Virus record (IMG/VR): IMGVR_UViG_3300021061_000001
DNA length: 64,000 nt
From: a virus
Direction: 5' to 3' (one strand)
Made by a program: the position numbers and the translations under genes. Of this stretch, positions 57,894 to 64,000 are shown piece by piece; within the stretch, counting starts at the first letter, position 1; every line of letters starts with the position of its first letter. Below the pieces are notes generated by a model, which ran no database searches, had not been told where the DNA came from, and was given only the letters and a program-made list of their open reading frames with translations.

Positions 57894-59798
57894 ATGGACA
57901 ACCCTTTCCTGGCGGTGAAGTCCGGCTGGATCAAAAAGATCGTGGCGTCCCTGAAAGCCAAGCAGGAGTTTCAGGAGAACGCCAACGAGGGGATGGCGTT
58001 TTTCAATGGCCCCTACGACTTCCTCTATAAGCCGGAAACATTCGCCGAGAAGAAGTCCCTGGCCTGGCACGGCGACGGTTCGTTCCCAACCCCCGGCTTC
58101 GGCATCGTCATCAACAAGATTTCCGAGGGGGTGCAGCTTTTCGGGCCATCGCTCTACCACCGCAACCCGGACAGGCAGGCCACGCCGCGCCTGTTCCCGA
58201 TCCTGCCGCCGGAGGTGTTCGGCGACCCGCTGGACCCCGCCGTGCAGCAGATGCACCTGGCCATGAAGATGCAGGTCATGCAGGAGCAGCTTCCCGACCG
58301 CATCCGCGGCCGCCTGGTGGAGCACTACCTGGACGCCACCCCGAACATGCTGGACCTGGAAAGTTCGGCCCGCAAGGTGGTGGACGAGGCGATCATCAAG
58401 GGCATGGGCTGCTTCCGGCACAAGCTCTACCGCGTGCCGGGCGGGCGCATGCGGGTGGCGGGCTCGTTCTATCAGTCGGTCGATGACGTGACCGTGGACC
58501 CGGACATGGAATCGTTCGAGGACGGCAAGTGGCTGGCCATCCGCTGCGTCAAGCCGATCTGGGAGGTCGAGGACCAGTACAACCTGCCGCGCGGCTCGCT
58601 CAAAAACAAGGGCACCGACCAGTCGCTGACCCAGAACGAAACCAGCACCGATTTCGAGACGCAGTTGCGGCGGGTCAAGGGGGAGACGTGCGACCTCCTG
58701 ACCTACTGGGAAGTCTATTCCCGGATGGGCATGGGCTCGCTCCTGTCTGGCGTCCACGAGGACGCCAAGGCCATCGACGTGTTCGGTCCCTACGTGAAGC
58801 TGGTCGTGGCCGAGACGGTCGATTACCCGCTCAATCTCCCCGAGGCGATCTGGGCCGACAAGGACGCCGTGGCCCGCGCCGTTCAGTGGGACACGCCGTT
58901 CTGGGTCGGCGACGGCTGGCCGGTGACGCCGCTCAGTTTCCACTGGATCCCGCGCAAGGTCTGGCCGCAGTCGCACTTCGCCCCGGCCATGGGGGAGTTG
59001 CACTTTCTCAACTGGGCCTACTCGTTCATCGCCACGAAGATGGCGGTGTCGATCAAGGACTGGATCGGCATCAAGGCTGGCGCGGAAGAGGCGATCCAGA
59101 AGGCCATCGAGAGCCCGGTCGGCGACTACCGCGTCGTCAAGATCCCGGCCAACCTCGGCGACAACATCAAGGACGTGATCGAGTTCCTTCAGCATCCGCC
59201 GTTCCACCCGCAGTTCTTCCAGGTGGTGCTGGCGTTCATGGAGAGCTTCGACAAGCGCACCGGCCTCACGGAACTCATGTACGGCCAGACCGCCACCCAG
59301 TCGCGTTCCTCGGCCGACTCGCAGCTCAAGGGCGAGGCCATGAAGATTCGCCCCGACGACATGGCCAAACAACTCGAACGCACCATGGCCGCCACGGGCT
59401 GGAAAGAGGCCCTGATGGCCCGCTGGCACCTGGAGCCGGAGGATCTGCTGCCGATCCTCGGCCAGGTCGGGACGCAGTATTGGCAGCAGTTCGTGGCCAC
59501 GCACGACCCGGCCCAGCTCGTTCACGGCCTGGAGTATCGCGTCGAGTCGGGCAACATCCGCAAGCCGAACCAGGACAAGAAGGCGCAGGACGCGACGGCG
59601 GCGTTGTCGCAACTATTCCAACCCTTCTGGCAATATGCTACGATGACTGGCGACGTGAATCCGGTCAACGCCCTCGTCACGCTCTGGTGCGAGGGGCAGC
59701 AGCTTGATCCGGCCCCCTTCCTCCTTCCCACACCACCTCCCGTAGCTCCCACCGCTACCGGCCAACCCCCTCCCGAAAAACCGAAGGAAGCCGCATGA
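57894..59798 (+). CDS. portal protein (634 aa)
   Basis: Assigned by size and position downstream of terL. The family was not confirmed by motif. Confidence 0.65.
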   Translation: MDNPFLAVKSGWIKKIVASLKAKQEFQENANEGMAFFNGPYDFLYKPETFAEKKSLAWHGDGSFPTPGFGIVINKISEGVQLFGPSLYHRNPDRQATPRLFPILPPEVFGDPLDPAVQQMHLAMKMQVMQEQLPDRIRGRLVEHYLDATPNMLDLESSARKVVDEAIIKGMGCFRHKLYRVPGGRMRVAGSFYQSVDDVTVDPDMESFEDGKWLAIRCVKPIWEVEDQYNLPRGSLKNKGTDQSLTQNETSTDFETQLRRVKGETCDLLTYWEVYSRMGMGSLLSGVHEDAKAIDVFGPYVKLVVAETVDYPLNLPEAIWADKDAVARAVQWDTPFWVGDGWPVTPLSFHWIPRKVWPQSHFAPAMGELHFLNWAYSFIATKMAVSIKDWIGIKAGAEEAIQKAIESPVGDYRVVKIPANLGDNIKDVIEFLQHPPFHPQFFQVVLAFMESFDKRTGLTELMYGQTATQSRSSADSQLKGEAMKIRPDDMAKQLERTMAATGWKEALMARWHLEPEDLLPILGQVGTQYWQQFVATHDPAQLVHGLEYRVESGNIRKPNQDKKAQDATAALSQLFQPFWQYATMTGDVNPVNALVTLWCEGQQLDPAPFLLPTPPPVAPTATGQPPPEKPKEAA

Positions 59799-59920
59799 AG
59801 TGTGCTTCGTGCAAGAAGGTCCGCGTTCGCTTCCGCGGTAATCGCTGCGCTCGCTGCGGTGACAAGATCGTCAAGGCGGCCATCCGTCTCATCAAGCGCG
59901 AAAGGTCAGGTGCCCGATGA
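59795..59920 (+). CDS. 41-aa zinc-ribbon peptide
   Basis: The translation is MKCASCKKVRVRFRGNRCARCG... ATGA overlaps occur at both ends. Confidence 0.4.
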   Translation: MKCASCKKVRVRFRGNRCARCGDKIVKAAIRLIKRERSGAR

Positions 59921-60135
59921 TGCCTCCTCAAGATCCCATGGCCCAGCTCATGGCCGGACAGGGGCCGGCGATGCCCGGCGGCGTACCCGGCGCCGCCGTC
60001 TGTCCCATGTGCGGCATGCCCATGGGCGCCCCGGTCGGCATGCCCCCCGGCCCGCCGATGGCCATCCCGCCCGAACAAGACCAGAGCCCGCTCGCGGCCA
60101 TGCTGATGGGCGGAGCGCCTCCGGGAGCCTACTGA
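59917..60135 (+). CDS. Met/Pro/Gly-rich small protein (72 aa)
   Basis: Coupled at both ends and of low complexity. Confidence 0.45.
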   Translation: MMPPQDPMAQLMAGQGPAMPGGVPGAAVCPMCGMPMGAPVGMPPGPPMAIPPEQDQSPLAAMLMGGAPPGAY

Positions 60136-60695
60136 TGCCCAGCCACGCCGAGTACCTGGAACTGTTCGCCGAGACGGACGATCCGGCGCAGATCGAGCAC
60201 TACGAACTGTGCCGCAAGAACGGCGCGTCGCACCGGCTGGCGCTGATGCTGGCCCTGGGCGTGCCGCCCATGTCCAACTCGGATCGGGAGTTTTTGCAAG
60301 GCTCGGAGAATGGCCGCCAGTTCCAGAACTGCCCGCACATCGGCAACGCTTACGCGAAGCTGGCCAAGCGGGCCGGGTTCACGGACCTGTCAGGCAAGAA
60401 GTACCTGTCGGGCCTGGCCCGCTTCCCGGGCGATCCCGAGGCGTGGGTATCCGACCGCAGCGACGTGAAGCGCGTTCTGGAGAACCGCGGATGGGGGGCG
60501 GAGGGGGCGGTCACGACCAAGGTCCGCGAACTGGACCAGCCTCCCGAGATTACCCCGGTTGCTCCGCACATCGTCGAACGCGAGACGCAGGCGGAGGTGG
60601 CCAAGACGGGGCCGGTGACGCCCAAGAAGAGGCGAGAGATCAAGGAGCAGGTCCGCGAGCGGCTAACGCCGCACTGGGCCAAGAAGGGGGTCTGA
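60135..60695 (+). CDS. head-module protein (186 aa)
   Basis: ATG overlaps the upstream TGA. Composition is balanced. Confidence 0.6.
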   Translation: MPSHAEYLELFAETDDPAQIEHYELCRKNGASHRLALMLALGVPPMSNSDREFLQGSENGRQFQNCPHIGNAYAKLAKRAGFTDLSGKKYLSGLARFPGDPEAWVSDRSDVKRVLENRGWGAEGAVTTKVRELDQPPEITPVAPHIVERETQAEVAKTGPVTPKKRREIKEQVRERLTPHWAKKGV

Positions 60696-60696
60696 C

Positions 60697-61005
60697 ATGG
60701 CGAACAAGATCGGCAAGATCGTGGAGCAGATCGTGTCGGATGCGGTGGCGACGGGGCAGGTGGCCCTGAACGCCTCGACGCCGACCCTGATCGCGGCGGC
60801 GCGGCCGGGGCGGCAGCGCATCACGATCACCAACGATTCCTCGATCAAGGTCTACATCGGCGGCTCGACCGTCGCGACCAACAGCGGGGACATGATCGCG
60901 GCCACGTCCGGCTCGGCCAAGACATACCACACGGAGGCGGCGCTGTACGGCATCGCGGCCTCGGGCACCCCCACCGTCACGTACCTGGAAGAATACGTCT
61001 CTTGA
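60697..61005 (+). CDS. small beta-rich virion protein (102 aa)
   Basis: It starts 2 nt after the upstream stop. Confidence 0.6.
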   Translation: MANKIGKIVEQIVSDAVATGQVALNASTPTLIAAARPGRQRITITNDSSIKVYIGGSTVATNSGDMIAATSGSAKTYHTEAALYGIAASGTPTVTYLEEYVS

Positions 61006-61024
61006 TCCGAAGGGAGATCGCGTC

Positions 61025-62068
61025 ATGTCTCTGAACGTAGCAATCGAACCTCGTCTGGCGAAGGCCCTCAAGGACGACGGACTGGCCCGCGACCTCGTAA
61101 CGGACATCAACGCCGTCCTCGACGGCAGCCTGGGCGACACGACTCCCGGCACGGTCGAAGCCTCCAAGGTCGTGGTGGTGGATTCCAACAAGGACATCTC
61201 CAGTTTCCGCAACGTCGGGCTCACCGGCGACCTGACCCTGGCCAGCGGCGGCAATCTCGTCCTCAGCGGGGCAACGGGCGAGTCGGAAATCATCCTCACC
61301 GACAACCTGGCCGATGCCCTGTCCGTCAAAATCTCGGGCGGCGCGGACTTCTTCGTGTTCTGCACCACCGACTCGGCCGAGAAGCTGACCCTCGCCCAGG
61401 ACTTCCACCTCATCGGCGGCAAGGACTTGGTATTCACGGGGGCAACCGGCGAGTCGGAGATCCACCTGACGGATAACCTGGCGGACGCTCTTTCGGTCAA
61501 GATCGCTGGCGGGGCCGATTTCCTCGTCTGCGTCACCACCGATTCCGCCGAGAAGATCAACATTTCGCAGGACGTTCACTTGATCGGCGGCAAAGACCTC
61601 TTGTTCGTCGGGGCCACGGGCGAGTCCGAAATCCACCTGACCGACAACCTCGCCGATGCCCTGTCGGTGAAGATCGCGGGCGGTGCCGACTTCCTGGTGT
61701 TCGTGACCACGGACTCGGCCGAAGGGATCACGGTCGGCCAGCATCTGACCATGGCCGACGCCAAGAACATCATCCTCAACACCACGACCGGCACGAAGAT
61801 CGGCACGGCCACGACCCAGAAGCTGGGCTTCTACAACGCCACGCCGGTCGCGCAGCCCGCCGCGCTGACCGCGCAGCTTACGACCATCACGCATACCGCT
61901 CCGGGTAGCGACGACTTCGCCATCCAGAACCTGACCAATTCCTCGCCCTTCGGCTTCGTGACGGCGGACGAAGGCAACACGGTCCTCAAGGTGATCGCCA
62001 ACTTGCAGGCCAGACTGGCCGAAGTGGAAGCCCGTCTCGAAGCTCTCGGACTCGTGGCCGCCAACTAA
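61025..62068 (+). CDS. virion fibre/decoration protein with three 57-aa tandem repeats (347 aa)
   Basis: The repeat is GATGESEI.LTDNLADALSVKI.GGADF.V..TTDSAE. The C-terminus ends in the coiled coil LQARLAEVEARLEALG. Confidence 0.75.
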   Translation: MSLNVAIEPRLAKALKDDGLARDLVTDINAVLDGSLGDTTPGTVEASKVVVVDSNKDISSFRNVGLTGDLTLASGGNLVLSGATGESEIILTDNLADALSVKISGGADFFVFCTTDSAEKLTLAQDFHLIGGKDLVFTGATGESEIHLTDNLADALSVKIAGGADFLVCVTTDSAEKINISQDVHLIGGKDLLFVGATGESEIHLTDNLADALSVKIAGGADFLVFVTTDSAEGITVGQHLTMADAKNIILNTTTGTKIGTATTQKLGFYNATPVAQPAALTAQLTTITHTAPGSDDFAIQNLTNSSPFGFVTADEGNTVLKVIANLQARLAEVEARLEALGLVAAN

Positions 62069-62078
62069 GGAGCCTCGC

Positions 62079-62558
62079 ATGGCCGTATCCGGTCCAGCTA
62101 CGTTCCGCCTGGAAACGGCGCTGAACGATCCCGATTCCGCCCGCCACCTGATCGAGCAGATCAACGCGGCGGGCGGCACGGTCATCGACGAACTGGTGAC
62201 CCTGACCAACGCGGTCACGGTCAACCTGTCGCAGGTCGTGCCGTCGGGATCGGTCGTTTTGTCGGTCCAGGCCAACTTGCAAACCACCGTGAGCGGGGAC
62301 GGGTCGGGGGACGATTTGCTGGCCAAGGTCGGCATCGGCACCACCGTGGACCCCGACAAGTACGCCATCACCTCGGCGCTGACCAAAAACTCCAAGGCCA
62401 AGGGGCTGGCCGACTGGGCCGTCCTGGCCTCCGACGAGCAGATCGCGGTCAGGGCCTGCCAGTCGGACGGCTCCCCATGCACCGAGAAGTTCCTGGCCGG
62501 GGGCCAGGTCCGCGTCCGCGTCGTGTACCTGTCCGTTCCCGACCTGGGCAACGCCTGA
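62079..62558 (+). CDS. virion protein (159 aa)
   Basis: Compact ORF between two fibre-like genes. Confidence 0.65.
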   Translation: MAVSGPATFRLETALNDPDSARHLIEQINAAGGTVIDELVTLTNAVTVNLSQVVPSGSVVLSVQANLQTTVSGDGSGDDLLAKVGIGTTVDPDKYAITSALTKNSKAKGLADWAVLASDEQIAVRACQSDGSPCTEKFLAGGQVRVRVVYLSVPDLGNA

Positions 62559-62569
62559 GAGGGTGACCT

Positions 62570-64000
62570 GTGGCCGATAATGTCCAGCTCAACTCGGGAA
62601 GCGGCGGCGCTACCGTCCGCACGCTGGAGGACGGCTCCTCCATCCAGTGGCCGGCCGGGGTGTGTGCCTACGCCATCTCGGTCGGCACGCCCGACGTGCT
62701 CCAGATCGTCACCCTGGCCAACGGTCTGCCGGTCCAGCCCGGCACCTCGACCACCTGGACCGTGGTCAACAGCGGCACCTTCGCGGTCCAGGCCGCCCAA
62801 TCGGGAACCTGGACCGTCCAGCCTGGTAACACCGCCAACACGACCCCATGGCTCGTCTCCATCCACGACGGCACCAACAAGGCGTCCGTCCGCGACCTGG
62901 GCTCCAGCGATGCCCTCAACGTCGCCATCTGCGATGGGTCCGGCAACCAGATCACCTCGTTCGGCGGCGGCACCCAATACACCGAAGGGGACACGGACAC
63001 CACCATCACCGGCACGGCGATGATGTGGGAGGATGCGTCCGACACCCTGAGAGCCGTGTCGGCATCCAAACCGCTGCCGGTCGGAGACGCGGGCGGCTCC
63101 CTGACCGTGGACAACGCCGGCACCTTTGCCGTGCAGGCGGCCCAGAGCGGCACCTGGAACATCACGAACATCTCGGGCACGGTCAGCCTGCCCACCGGGG
63201 CGGCCACCGCCGCCAAGCAGCCCGCTCTGGGCACCGCAGGAACCGCCTCCAGCGATGTCATCACCGTGCAGGGCATCGCCTCGATGACGCCCGTGCAGGT
63301 CAGCCAGGCCACGGCCTCGAACCTGAACGCCACCGTGGTCGGGACCGGCACCTTTGCCGTGCAGGTGACGAGCCTGCCCGCCTCCACCAGCACGATCGAG
63401 GTGGTCGGCGATGCGGCCCACGATGCCGCGGCAGCCGGCAATCCCCTGCTCCTGGGCGGCTACGCTTCCGCTGCGGCTCCTTCCGACGTGTCCGCCGATG
63501 GCGATGCGGTCAGACTGTGGGCTCTGCGAAACGGCGCCTTGGCGGTCAACGTCACCGCGGCCGGAGCGCTGGTTGGCGGGGACGCGACGAACGGCCTGGA
63601 CGTGGATGTGACCCGCGTGCAGGGGAGCGTCACGGTCGCTCAAGCCACTGCAGGCAACTTGAACGCCACCGTCGTGGGAACCGGCACCTTCGCGGTACAG
63701 GCCGCGCAGAGCGGGACCTGGAATGTGGCCACCGTCACCAACATCACGGGCGGCAGCACGGCCCACGACGCGGCTGCTGGCTCGGTCAACCCGCTCCTTC
63801 TGGGCGGCTATGCGTCGGCGGCAGCCCCGACCTCCGTCTCGGCGGACGGGGACGCGGTGCAGGCGTGGTTTCTCCGCAACGGGGCGCAGGCGACTGTCAT
63901 CACGGCGGCCGGGGCCTTGATCGGTGGGGACGCCACCAATGGCCTGGACGTGGACGTGACGCGGGTCAAGCCCGATGGCACGAACACGATGCCCTCTCTC
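62570..64000 (+). CDS. repeat-containing fibre-like protein, 3' end outside window
   Basis: GTG at 62570 has GAGGG 5 nt upstream. The frame is open to the window edge, so it is absent from the ORF track. It contains recurrent GTFAVQAAQSGTW motifs and a repeat of about 115 aa. Confidence 0.75.
   Translation, partial: MADNVQLNSGSGGATVRTLEDGSSIQWPAGVCAYAISVGTPDVLQIVTLANGLPVQPGTSTTWTVVNSGTFAVQAAQSGTWTVQPGNTANTTPWLVSIHDGTNKASVRDLGSSDALNVAICDGSGNQITSFGGGTQYTEGDTDTTITGTAMMWEDASDTLRAVSASKPLPVGDAGGSLTVDNAGTFAVQAAQSGTWNITNISGTVSLPTGAATAAKQPALGTAGTASSDVITVQGIASMTPVQVSQATASNLNATVVGTGTFAVQVTSLPASTSTIEVVGDAAHDAAAAGNPLLLGGYASAAAPSDVSADGDAVRLWALRNGALAVNVTAAGALVGGDATNGLDVDVTRVQGSVTVAQATAGNLNATVVGTGTFAVQAAQSGTWNVATVTNITGGSTAHDAAAGSVNPLLLGGYASAAAPTSVSADGDAVQAWFLRNGAQATVITAAGALIGGDATNGLDVDVTRVKPDGTNTMPSL

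Noticed and set aside
55576-59612. Minus-strand ORFs 55576..57246 (556 aa) and 57876..59612 (578 aa).
   Set aside because: They are antisense to the terminase large subunit (Walker motifs present) and to the portal-sized gene. Their composition is typical of non-coding reverse frames.
60977-63766. A 929-aa minus-strand ORF, the longest ORF in the track for this region.
   Set aside because: It is antisense to four well-formed + strand virion genes with RBSs. Its translation is dominated by Arg/Gly/Asp/Ala, as expected for the reverse frame of GC-rich coding DNA. It has no RBS.

Overview
This GC-rich, gene-dense window reads as the genome of a temperate tailed phage, or the interior of a prophage. 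I recognised no host genes.

Layout:
(i) 1-21.8 kb, + strand: the distal part of a late operon. It holds a cassette of four fibre-like paralogs, a LamG-like protein, large virion or internal proteins, and one strong intrinsic terminator. Two small genes sit on the opposite strand.
(ii) 21.7-34.9 kb, - strand: tightly coupled early and middle genes. These include RusA, two HNH-like nucleases, a SWIM protein, a replication-organiser-like and a helicase-loader-like protein, an SSB-like protein and a PD-(D/E)XK nuclease.
(iii) 35.2-37.2 kb, + strand: a tyrosine integrase, two HTH regulators and a zinc-ribbon protein.
(iv) 37.3-46.4 kb, - strand: accessory early genes (LuxR-type HTH, DUF932-like, HNH, RHH). 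This block also has mosaic repeats, an operator cluster and a T-depleted low-complexity tract.
(v) 46.5-64 kb, + strand: a promoter-leader-terminator unit, then a scaffold-like protein and the major capsid protein. Next come an FkbM methyltransferase and a glycosyltransferase-like gene, then a membrane-protein and papain-like peptidase cluster that contains a stand-alone CheY-like receiver. The block ends with terminase, portal and repeat-rich fibre proteins that run off the window.

I saw no rRNA, tRNA or CRISPR array. All functional calls rest on motifs recognised by eye in the supplied translations. No database search was run. Start codons were refined using ribosome-binding sites and start/stop overlaps.
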